Source of the DNA: Candidatus Heimdallarchaeota archaeon
Lineage (GTDB): Archaea > Asgardarchaeota > Heimdallarchaeia > Heimdallarchaeales > Heimdallarchaeaceae
Length of the DNA stretch: 23,465 nt
NCBI GenBank assembly: GCA_018238545.1
Contig: JABCTC010000050.1
Coordinates: 1-23,465, forward strand
Direction: 5' to 3'
Shown piece after piece: positions 8,831-17,456 of the stretch. The position numbers and the translations under genes are program-made. The number at the start of each line of letters is the position of its first letter. The stretch's first letter is position 1. The notes under the pieces were generated by a model. It did no database searches. It was not told the origin of the DNA and saw only the letters and a list, made by a program, of their open reading frames with translations.

Positions 8831-9781
8831 ATGCTCGTCTCAGAACTTGCTTTTGAATCAGAATGGGTTCTTAAAGCTATTACTAATAAATTGCGAAGAA
8901 GAATATTGTACCTAATTAAGGATTTTACATTTATGACTTATTCTGATCTTCTACGAGAACTCAATCTTTCAACGGGAAAATTGAATTTTCATTTAAGACA
9001 ATTAACAGGATTAATAGAAAAGAAGGACGAAAAATCTTATGTTTTAACTTCAACTGGACTAAAATCTTTAGATTTGCTTAAACAATTGGAAGAATTAGAA
9101 GAAGATAAACAAGAGATAATCGAGCATAATTCATTTTTTGATAATTTACCAATTAGAATTTTTAAACCCGCTTCTGAAACATTGAAGAAATGGCATATAT
9201 TGATTTATGTAATAATAATTCTCGCCTCATTGGTCTGGTCAATATTGTGTATTTATGTTGAATCTATATTTCCAAACTTATTTCTAGATATGAATGAATT
9301 CTGGGCAATTTTAGCGAAAATTTCTATAGGTCTTCCGGTAATTTTAGTAGCTTTTTTGATTGCACAAACTCTTTCAAACATTTATTTTCGACATCTAGAG
9401 TACGATTTATTGGATACAGAGATAATACTGCGTAAAGGGGTTATAACAGAGACTAAAACAATTATACCATTCAGGACCATCACAAATTTGCATATTAAAA
9501 GAGGACCTTTAGATAGGTATTTTGGTACATCCTCTTTGATTATTCAAACTGCAGGAGAAAGCAAATCAAACCAACCAGCAGGAAAAATTATTGGCATCTA
9601 TTATCCCCATAAATTACTTGAAGAAATAATGAATCTAGTAAGACTTTTGGATACACCTAGATTTCTAAGAGAGCACAACTTACTCTCCTCTTCTCCCTTG
9701 CCTATTAGTACTCTTTATGGAGAAATTTTATCTGAATTGAAGCATATTAAAGATAAAGTTTCAAAACAAGATGAAGAATGA
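8831..9781 (+). CDS. Winged-HTH (ArsR-like) - 2 TM - bPH_2 fusion protein; putative membrane-anchored transcription regulator
   Basis: N-terminal LKAITNKLRRRIL...TYSDLLRELNLSTGKLNFHLRQL...YVLTSTG wHTH. Then 2 TM and EIILRKGVIT..IPFRTITN..RGPLDRYFG..IQTAG bPH_2. Confidence 0.85.
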   Translation: MLVSELAFESEWVLKAITNKLRRRILYLIKDFTFMTYSDLLRELNLSTGKLNFHLRQLTGLIEKKDEKSYVLTSTGLKSLDLLKQLEELEEDKQEIIEHNSFFDNLPIRIFKPASETLKKWHILIYVIIILASLVWSILCIYVESIFPNLFLDMNEFWAILAKISIGLPVILVAFLIAQTLSNIYFRHLEYDLLDTEIILRKGVITETKTIIPFRTITNLHIKRGPLDRYFGTSSLIIQTAGESKSNQPAGKIIGIYYPHKLLEEIMNLVRLLDTPRFLREHNLLSSSPLPISTLYGEILSELKHIKDKVSKQDEE

Positions 9782-9872
9782 TTTTAAATAATTAGCTAGC
9801 TTTAAATAAATTCAATAGAAAATAATCAAAGAGTATTCAAGGTGGAGGATTAGAATTATTTCAAACAATTAT

Positions 9873-10829
9873 ATGCCAATGAATCTAATTAAAGATAAAA
9901 TGAGTAAAAGCTCCAAACGGGTTGCTTATACTCAAGTTATTCTTCTGTTGAGCAGTATTCTAATAGTGGTGCTGCTTTATAATGTTATAATCGAAATGCT
10001 CCAAATACCAATTGAGGTTCTTTACGATGAAGAAGCATTGACTATTTATCTAGAACAAATATTAGAAAATTATTCGTCTTCACTTCTCATAAGTTTTGTT
10101 TTGGGATTTGTGCTATTAATCGCAGCAATATTCTATCTTGTATCATTTGTGCAGTTAAGTTCAAGTTTTCTAAGGTTATCAATTATTGAACCTAAGGTTG
10201 AAAAAGAAGCAAAAAACACTGGCAATTTTCTAAGAATTGGACTTATGTTGCTTATTGGAGGCGTTATCCTTACTTTCATGAATTCTACAGTAATTGTTTA
10301 CATTTCACTTTTCTTAGATTTTGCTGGAATAGTTTTACTAACAGTAGGCTATTTCTACATTGGAAAAACATTCAAAAAACTTCATGAAATCGGATTGTTC
10401 CCAAATAAGGAAAAGCAACTGATTTTTATTGGACAAGCTATCTCATTTCTATCAATAATTCCACTTTCAATCGCTGATCCTTACGCAACCACCATTCAAC
10501 CGTTCTCACTGGCTATGTTGATTATTGCAGCTGTTCTATCTATAATAGGTTTTACAGTACTTGTAATAGGATTTTATAAGCTAGGAAACGATGCAAAAAA
10601 CATTCAAGAAATCTTTGGTGTATCTCAACCTGTTATACAGGTTCAAACAGGTTTTAAAGAACCCTCTAGAGCTCAATCTTCATACGTCATTCAGCAATCA
10701 AAAATTATAGAAGCTGAGAGTAGCCCCATGGAAGATGAATCAGAAGCAAGATTCTGTTACAATTGTGGTGCAAAATTCTTTGTTGAAACAAAATTCTGCA
10801 AGAATTGCGGAATAGAACTCGACGAATAG
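9873..10829 (+). CDS. Membrane protein (DUF973/DUF996-like) with C-terminal double zinc ribbon; paralog of 1948..2877
   Basis: About 6 TM helices and CYNCG...CKNCG. Shared blocks with the 1948 protein: TFKKLHEIGLF vs TFKELNKNELF, and GFYKLGND vs AFYRLGDD. Confidence 0.8.
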   Translation: MPMNLIKDKMSKSSKRVAYTQVILLLSSILIVVLLYNVIIEMLQIPIEVLYDEEALTIYLEQILENYSSSLLISFVLGFVLLIAAIFYLVSFVQLSSSFLRLSIIEPKVEKEAKNTGNFLRIGLMLLIGGVILTFMNSTVIVYISLFLDFAGIVLLTVGYFYIGKTFKKLHEIGLFPNKEKQLIFIGQAISFLSIIPLSIADPYATTIQPFSLAMLIIAAVLSIIGFTVLVIGFYKLGNDAKNIQEIFGVSQPVIQVQTGFKEPSRAQSSYVIQQSKIIEAESSPMEDESEARFCYNCGAKFFVETKFCKNCGIELDE

Positions 10830-10878
10830 ATAATTGTTTTTGGTAAATGTTTTTTTATAACTCCGTAGAACTTAATCT

Positions 10879-11972
10879 ATGTCTAAACTTTTTACTCCTT
10901 TCAGAATAGGAAATTTACTAATTAAGAACCGTTTTGTTCGATCAGCAACTACTTCCTATTGGTCAGATGATCAAGGAATACTCTCTGATCCCATCATTGA
11001 ACTATACAAGGAATTAGCTGAGGGTGATTTAGGGTTGATTATCAAAGGCCATTCTTACATCAATGAAAAAGGAAAAGCTCACTCCAAGCAATCTGGTTTG
11101 AATAGTAAGAAGCATTTGCCTAGAATGAAAGAACTGACAGATTTAGTACACTCTTATGGTTCAAAGATCATTACTCAAATTAATCATGGGGGCTATACAG
11201 CAAGGGCAGATCGAGCTACCGCTTCCTCCTACTCTCGTGATAATCTAGAAGCAAGAGAGCTGTCTTTAGACGAGATATCTTCTATTGTAGAAGATTTTGC
11301 TAAAGCAGCTGAATATGCTATTGAAGCAGGTTTTGATGGAATACAAATTCATGCAGCTCATGGGTATCTAGTCTCTCACAATTTCTCTCTGATATAGTAA
11401 ATAAGCGAGAAGATAAGTATGGTGGAAGTTTAGAAAAACGTGCCCAGCTCTTATTGGAGATTTATGATGCAATTCGAGAGAGAATCGGGTCAGAAGCTAT
11501 CATTGGAGTAAAGATGAATTGTGATGATTTTGCTAATGAAAAAGGTTTGACAGTTTCAGATTCAACAAAAGTCGCAAAGATGTTACAAGAGAAAGGAATT
11601 GACTTCATCGAAATATCTGGAGGAGGTCCTGAACAAGATAGAGAGATAAGAAAATCACGAGGAAGAGCAGAAAAGGATAAGGACTACTCTGAAGCTACAT
11701 GGGGTAAACATGCTGAGAAATTCAGAGAATCTGTTCCAGATCTTCCACTAATTCTTGTTGATGGGATTCGTTCAAGAGTAACTATGGATGCACTTCTAGA
11801 AAATAATGTTGTAGATTTTGTTTCTATGAGTAAACCATTCATAATAGAACCAGATTTAGTCAAACTATTAAAAGACGGTCAAGACAAGTCTTCTTGCATA
11901 GATTGTGGGGAATGTATCTCTCGGGAATATTTTGCTAAAATGATGTTAAGATGTCATTATTTATACCCTTAA
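10879..11972 (+). pseudogene. NADH:flavin oxidoreductase (Old Yellow Enzyme family) split by a 2-nt frameshift near 11371-11381
   Basis: ORF1 has KNRFVRSAT and GFDGIQIHAAHGYL. Removing 2 nt from GTCTCTCACAA restores VSQFLSDIVNKREDKYGGSLEKRAQLLLEIY, which continues into ORF2 (EISGG, SMSKPFIIEPDL, CIDCGEC). Could be a sequence error rather than a true pseudogene. Confidence 0.85.
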
Positions 11973-12029
11973 CCCTTTTCCTTTAGACTAATGTTTTTAA
12001 ATCTGATTCTGTAAACATTGCTGGGGAAA

Positions 12030-13040
12030 ATGGCAAGGCGCGTTAGTAGTGACATCAAACCTATTGTCAATAAGCTTCTAGAGGAATCTTGGCAAGTTAA
12101 GGAATACGAGAAAATACTAATTATTAGTGATTATCCAACCACAGAGGAATTTGCGAATAAGCCAACAGCTGTTCTTGAATCAATTGTAGAAAGAAACTTG
12201 TTAGCTAAGAGAATTTATGAAATTATTAAAAAGATCAAACCTGAAAAAACAGAATTATATTTTATCAAACCTACTTATCAACACTACGTAGATCCAAAAG
12301 ATGAAACAATGAATAAGAAAATACTCGAATCTGATTTAGTAATTACATTGACAGAATTCTCCTTGACTGACGTTCCATCATTAAAAATCCCTCTTGATGA
12401 GAAGAAAATTAGACATGTTTCCGCTCCTCTAATCTCAGCTGATGTTTTTTATCCTGGTGGTCCTTTAGATGTGGATCTCATAGACGTCGAAAAAATCACA
12501 ACAAAACTATTCAGTCTAGTTCAAGGAGCTAGAAAACTTGAACTGTTCGATGTAGCAGGAAGCCATCTCTCGCTTGAATTTTCCACACCAATAGACTGGT
12601 TATGGGAATCCGGTTTTTGTACATCGCCTGGTATGTTTTCTAATCTTCCTGCTGGAGAAATTACTCTGGAATTGCCATTTGGACAAACTGAATGCTCTGT
12701 CAATGGTACCTTAAACATCTTCCCTGGTTGGCAAGAAGGACTTACTCAATTACTTACTCTCACATTCAAAGATAACACTTTGATTGATTGTGTCGGAGGA
12801 GGAAAAATAGGTGAGCATCTTCAGCAAATGATTAGAAGTGAAGACGTAAAAATTACCCAAATGGGAATAGGAACAAACCCTCAAGCAAAGGATCCTTTTT
12901 GTGCAACTGTTGCTGACAAATTCTTAGGAATTGTGCATGTAGGTCTATTTCCAGATACTAGATTAGACCATTATTACTTCCCCTTATCAAGAATGAAGAT
13001 AAATGAAAAGGAATATCATCGAAACGAATTATTCGAATGA
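12030..13040 (+). CDS. Thermophilic metalloprotease M29 / aminopeptidase-like protein (divergent)
   Basis: NLPAGE, MGIGTNP and DKFLGIVH motifs. I prefer the ATG at 12030 over the TTG at 12018. Confidence 0.7.
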   Translation: MARRVSSDIKPIVNKLLEESWQVKEYEKILIISDYPTTEEFANKPTAVLESIVERNLLAKRIYEIIKKIKPEKTELYFIKPTYQHYVDPKDETMNKKILESDLVITLTEFSLTDVPSLKIPLDEKKIRHVSAPLISADVFYPGGPLDVDLIDVEKITTKLFSLVQGARKLELFDVAGSHLSLEFSTPIDWLWESGFCTSPGMFSNLPAGEITLELPFGQTECSVNGTLNIFPGWQEGLTQLLTLTFKDNTLIDCVGGGKIGEHLQQMIRSEDVKITQMGIGTNPQAKDPFCATVADKFLGIVHVGLFPDTRLDHYYFPLSRMKINEKEYHRNELFE

Positions 13041-14012
13041 TTATTTTTCAAATATTTCTGGATTAACAATATTTTCTGGTCTCTCACCACATAATGCTGC
13101 GTGAAGATTCTCAGCTGCCATAACAGCCATTTTCGACCTTGTATAGAGACTAGCTGTACCTATATGGGGAAGCAATACAACATTTGGGAGATCAATAAGA
13201 CCCTTGCTTACTTTGGGTTCATTGTAATAAACATCTAAACCCGCGCCATCAATCTTTCCTGTTACTAAAGCGACGATTAAATCATCTTCTTTAACAACTT
13301 TTCCTCTCGCTGTATTAATGAGATAGGCTGTAGGTTTCATGATTTCGAATTCTTTCTCGCCAATAAGATGATGAGTCTGTTTACTGTAAGGAGTGTGTAT
13401 TGTTACATAATCTGATTCTTTCAAGAGCTCTTCTAGTGAGACTCTTTTCATTCCCAATTCATTTTCTAGTTTTGGATGAGATGAAGTGCTATGATAGATA
13501 ATATTCATACCAAACCCAGAAGCTCTTCTCGCGACTGCTTGACCTATCCTTCCCAAACCAATTATCCCTATTGTTCTTCCTGCGAAATCTCCACCTAGAT
13601 ACAACATGGAATCCCACCCAAGAAAATTGCCTTCTCTAAGATATCTGTCTGCTTCTACAATACGACGTGAAACACTAAGTAACAAAGCCCAAGTTAAATC
13701 AGCTGTTGCATCGGTAAGTACTCCAGGTGTATTTGTGACAGGTATATTGCGTTGTGTAGCAGCTGCTAAATCTATATTATCAACACCTACAGCATAGTTG
13801 GCAATAGCTTTTATTCCTGTCTCATCCATTACTTCTGCATCAACTTTGTCAGTCAGTAAAGGGAGAAGACCAACACAATCCTTGGCACCTGAAATCATCT
13901 CTTCTTTGGTAATAGGCCGTTTTTCGGGAAAAATTTCTACTTCATAATGTTGTTGGAGAATATCAATACCTATTTGAGGAATCTCGCGTGTCACAAAAAT
14001 TTTCTTTTTCAT
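13041..14012 (-). CDS. gyaR: Glyoxylate reductase / D-glycerate dehydrogenase (D-2-hydroxyacid dehydrogenase family)
   Basis: ANYAVGVDNID, TNTPGVLTDATAD, GIIGLGRIG, LINTARG, GAGLDV..EP and LPHIG motifs. Confidence 0.88.
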   Translation of the reverse strand: MKKKIFVTREIPQIGIDILQQHYEVEIFPEKRPITKEEMISGAKDCVGLLPLLTDKVDAEVMDETGIKAIANYAVGVDNIDLAAATQRNIPVTNTPGVLTDATADLTWALLLSVSRRIVEADRYLREGNFLGWDSMLYLGGDFAGRTIGIIGLGRIGQAVARRASGFGMNIIYHSTSSHPKLENELGMKRVSLEELLKESDYVTIHTPYSKQTHHLIGEKEFEIMKPTAYLINTARGKVVKEDDLIVALVTGKIDGAGLDVYYNEPKVSKGLIDLPNVVLLPHIGTASLYTRSKMAVMAAENLHAALCGERPENIVNPEIFEK

Positions 14013-14060
14013 GAATAAAAGAAAAAGGATAGAAAAGATAAAGATTTGCCTAAAGACCTT

Positions 14061-14852
14061 TTAGATATAACCTTCTCTCAATCTTCTAGGGGGTGGGGGA
14101 GCTTGTTGAGGCATAGTTTTTTGCTTTTCAGCAACCATTGATAACTGTTCTTTGATTTTTGCTGCTTCTTTAAGCAAAGGTTCAGTATCTATTGAAAGAT
14201 TGTAGTAATCATTTATCACATTGATTAGATTAACTGCAGCTTCAGGGTCAGGTAAATCTTGAGTGGCAGGGGTCATAAGTGTAACGCCAATTATCTCTCT
14301 AATCAAAGCCTCACTCATGAATGCTCCAGATAGACCGAGTACTACTCCGTGATCATACAGTTCTACTGCGTATTTCTTCAACTCATCAGCTATACCCTTT
14401 TCAGCTGCTGTGATAACTACTGGTTTCGCTGGTCGTATTTTAACTGGTATACCATCTAAACAGATAATCTGCTGAGCATCAATATGTTGTTCTATGAAGT
14501 TGATAATTCCTTCTGCTACAACTAAGTAAGCTTCTTGAGGTACTGGATAATCAATTGTGATAAGAAGTATAGTACCTTCTTCATTTGCGTATAATAAATA
14601 AGGATGCTTGAGAGTGTTTTCCATAAAAATTGTTACAGGGCTCAAAGCGTCCGATTTGAAAAAGCCTATCTCTTTCAATCCCAATGATTCTATCATCTGT
14701 CTACCTATAATCGGTCCGACAATTCCTGGACTCGGAAATGTCACAAAGACTTTAGGTTTATTGAATTCAATTTCTTTTGTTTGCACAACTAAAAAATCAT
14801 CTTTATGTAAACAAATACTTTCTTCATGTTTTTTCATACTACTCACTGACAT
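14061..14852 (-). CDS. PAC2-family proteasome assembly chaperone (PbaA/PbaB-like)
   Basis: FPSPGIVGPI, GLSGA, PDPEAA and IDTEPLLKEAAKI motifs, with C-terminal ...EGYI carrying a penultimate Tyr. Confidence 0.85.
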   Translation of the reverse strand: MSVSSMKKHEESICLHKDDFLVVQTKEIEFNKPKVFVTFPSPGIVGPIIGRQMIESLGLKEIGFFKSDALSPVTIFMENTLKHPYLLYANEEGTILLITIDYPVPQEAYLVVAEGIINFIEQHIDAQQIICLDGIPVKIRPAKPVVITAAEKGIADELKKYAVELYDHGVVLGLSGAFMSEALIREIIGVTLMTPATQDLPDPEAAVNLINVINDYYNLSIDTEPLLKEAAKIKEQLSMVAEKQKTMPQQAPPPPRRLREGYI

Positions 14853-14893
14853 AAAATATCACATAGAAACAAAAAAAGCTTTCTCTCTAACAA

Positions 14894-15874
14894 CTAATAT
14901 TTATCAATCGATTCTTCTTTCTCCGATGTACGATTTTGTCCATCATCTACGCCTTCTATTAGATGCTCTTTAATTTTCCATTCAACTATGATAATCCCAA
15001 TGATGATCAATACTCCACCAATGCCAAAAATGTAAGATATTGATTCATTGAGAAAAATGAAAGATAATAATACAGAAGTCATAGGAACGAAACTTTGAAT
15101 GATTCCTGTTTGAGTTGTAGGCAGTTCTTTCAACAGAGATAACCAATAACTAAAAGCCAGAGATGTAGATAACACTGCAATTACTATCACAAGAATTATT
15201 CCAAGAAAATCAAGTGTCATACTCACATAAGGTGGGATTACAAAAGCAAAAAATACAAGATAGAAAGATCCCATAAGCAGGGAGATAAATGTTACCAATA
15301 TTGGATTTTCATCTGCAAAACTTTTTTTCAAGAACACAGTATATAGCGCCCATGAGACTCCAGAACCAAATGCCAGCAAGTTTCCTATAATTGCATCAAA
15401 GGAAAGATCTGCTAAAGCTAAAAGATTATTGTCAAAAATCACTAAGAACAAACCTATAGTTGAGATTGCAATCCCAATGACATAATTTTTCCTCATTTTT
15501 TCTTTAAGAACTATTATTGCAATAATTGGTATTAAAATTATATTTGAATTGAGAAGAAACGAAGCTGAAGAAGCAGAAGTATTTTCTACAGCAAGAAAAA
15601 GTAAAACTGGCATAAAGGCTGACAATATTGAGACCAGAATGTATTTTTGCCATTTATCTTTCAGAGAATTTATTATTTCTTTGTTCTTTACTTTCTGCTG
15701 TAAAATCAATATGAAATAAAGAGCTAAAGCTGCTAGAAAGTATCTAAAAAAAGCTAATTGATAAGGTGATAGTTGTCTATGATAATCTATCAAGTATTCT
15801 CCTATTACGGGTGTTAAAGCCCATCCAATTACCACTACGGAACTTTTAAGTACTATAGATAAGCTCTTTTTCAT
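14894..15874 (-). CDS. DMT/EamA family transporter
   Basis: 10 TM in two EamA repeats: WALTP, AFFRYFLA, LKEKM, GNLLAFGSGVSWALY, FLNES..GGVLIIIGI. Confidence 0.88.
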   Translation of the reverse strand: MKKSLSIVLKSSVVVIGWALTPVIGEYLIDYHRQLSPYQLAFFRYFLAALALYFILILQQKVKNKEIINSLKDKWQKYILVSILSAFMPVLLFLAVENTSASSASFLLNSNIILIPIIAIIVLKEKMRKNYVIGIAISTIGLFLVIFDNNLLALADLSFDAIIGNLLAFGSGVSWALYTVFLKKSFADENPILVTFISLLMGSFYLVFFAFVIPPYVSMTLDFLGIILVIVIAVLSTSLAFSYWLSLLKELPTTQTGIIQSFVPMTSVLLSFIFLNESISYIFGIGGVLIIIGIIIVEWKIKEHLIEGVDDGQNRTSEKEESIDKY

Positions 15875-16007
15875 ATTATAGTTTTAGTTCAATCTGTATT
15901 AAATATTTCTTGCTCTTAAATTGGGATTATTTAATTCTGTAGCACAAAATATTTCTTATATTTCTCTATCGATAAAGTCAAATATTAATCAGAACATAGT
16001 TCCAAGC

Positions 16008-16451
16008 ATGTCTACTGATGATTTTATGCAAGAAGCTATTCTAGAAGCTAGAAAAGGTTTGGAAGAAGGTGGAATTCCAATTGGTTCAGTCCTCGTTATT
16101 GATAATCAGATTGTGGGAAGGGGCCATAATAAACGCGTCCAAAAAAGAAGTTCAATACTTCATGCTGAGATGGATTGTCTGGAAAATGCTGGAAGGTTGA
16201 AATCAGCCGATTACAAGAAATCTATTCTTTATTCTACTCTTTCTCCTTGTAATATGTGTAGTGGAGCAGTTTTACTTTACAAGATTCCTAAAATCATTGT
16301 TGGTGAAAACTCCACTTTTAAAGGACCAGAGGATTATCTCCGACAACAAGGAGTTGAGATTATTAACTACAATAATGAAGAATGTAAGCAATTGATGAAA
16401 GATTTCATCAATCTTCATCCTGAATTGTGGTATGAGGATATAGGGGAATAA
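16008..16451 (+). CDS. Zn-dependent nucleoside/cytosine deaminase, yeast Fcy1-like
   Basis: EGGIPIG, HAE, PCxxC (PCNMC) and C-terminal WYEDIGE typical of fungal-type cytosine deaminases. The ATG at 16008 is more plausible than the TTG at 15921. Confidence 0.88.
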   Translation: MSTDDFMQEAILEARKGLEEGGIPIGSVLVIDNQIVGRGHNKRVQKRSSILHAEMDCLENAGRLKSADYKKSILYSTLSPCNMCSGAVLLYKIPKIIVGENSTFKGPEDYLRQQGVEIINYNNEECKQLMKDFINLHPELWYEDIGE

Positions 16452-16540
16452 AAATCAAATAGCATTCAAAAGTTCTTCTTATTGCCTAATTTTTGTATAA
16501 TGTAATTGTTCTCTGTTCATGAAAACAAAATAGCTTTTTA

Positions 16541-17434
16541 ATGAAGTTGTCATTTTTGAAGGATGTGAAAATCAAAGTTATCACTGATTCTACCAGTAAT
16601 CTTACTCCAGAACAAGTCGAAAAATACGATTTAGAAGTTATTCCTTGTTATGTAGTAATTGATGGTGAAGATATTCTAGACGATGGCTCCATTCCTCAAT
16701 CAGAATTTTATGATATGATTGACAATTCCAAGAAATCTCAAACAAGTTTACCTACACCTAGTAGCATCTGGGAAGCTATAGAAAAATATCAAGCTTATGA
16801 TCATCTTATTATGATACATGTTGGTGAAAAGCTTTCTGGAACGATAAATGCTATAAGAAGCGTGATTAAGCAATTCAGAAGAAAAAACCCCGATTGTAAT
16901 AAAATAACTGTTTATGACTCTAAAGGTGTTTCATTTGCTGCTGGGTATCTAACTATGATCGCTAAACAATTGATAGATCAAGGATTAGGAGTAAATGAGA
17001 TTATTAAGAAATTAGATGAGAGTAGAGACCATGACATCAAAGTTTTTCTTACAGTTTCAGATTTAAAAAAACTATTTGCAGGAGGAAGAATCGGAAGAGT
17101 AACATATATGTTAGGTGACCTTCTCCATGCTTACCCCATATTGTCACTTGTGGATGGGAAACTAGAACCTGTAGGAAGAGAGATAGGATTTGAGCGAACA
17201 ATAAACAAGATTATTCGATTGATTCAGGAATACTATAGGGATGATAAAATTCACATAAGTTTTGCTCAAGTAAAACCTAGAGAAAAAAATGATTATTTCA
17301 GAGAAAAACTTCTTGAGATGGAGAGTCCGAAAATAACCAAAATAGTTGATTTTCTTTTAGGTAACATAATCACTTGCCATACTGGAACTCAAGTGTATGG
17401 ATTGGTTATAGCTAGAAATTTCAGAGATGATTAG
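16541..17434 (+). CDS. DegV family (FakB-like) fatty-acid-binding protein
   Basis: ITDSTSNL, TSLP, LSGT, DS, GGRIG, PILSLVDGKL and HTG motifs. Confidence 0.9.
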   Translation: MKLSFLKDVKIKVITDSTSNLTPEQVEKYDLEVIPCYVVIDGEDILDDGSIPQSEFYDMIDNSKKSQTSLPTPSSIWEAIEKYQAYDHLIMIHVGEKLSGTINAIRSVIKQFRRKNPDCNKITVYDSKGVSFAAGYLTMIAKQLIDQGLGVNEIIKKLDESRDHDIKVFLTVSDLKKLFAGGRIGRVTYMLGDLLHAYPILSLVDGKLEPVGREIGFERTINKIIRLIQEYYRDDKIHISFAQVKPREKNDYFREKLLEMESPKITKIVDFLLGNIITCHTGTQVYGLVIARNFRDD

Positions 17435-17456
17435 TCTTTATCGTGCAGAGTGCCTA

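Noticed and set aside
5603-14973. Short antisense ORFs 5603..5800, 7245..7451, 12521..12718, 13606..13797 and 14608..14973
   Set aside because: All lie opposite conserved enzyme or kinase genes and have no recognisable features.
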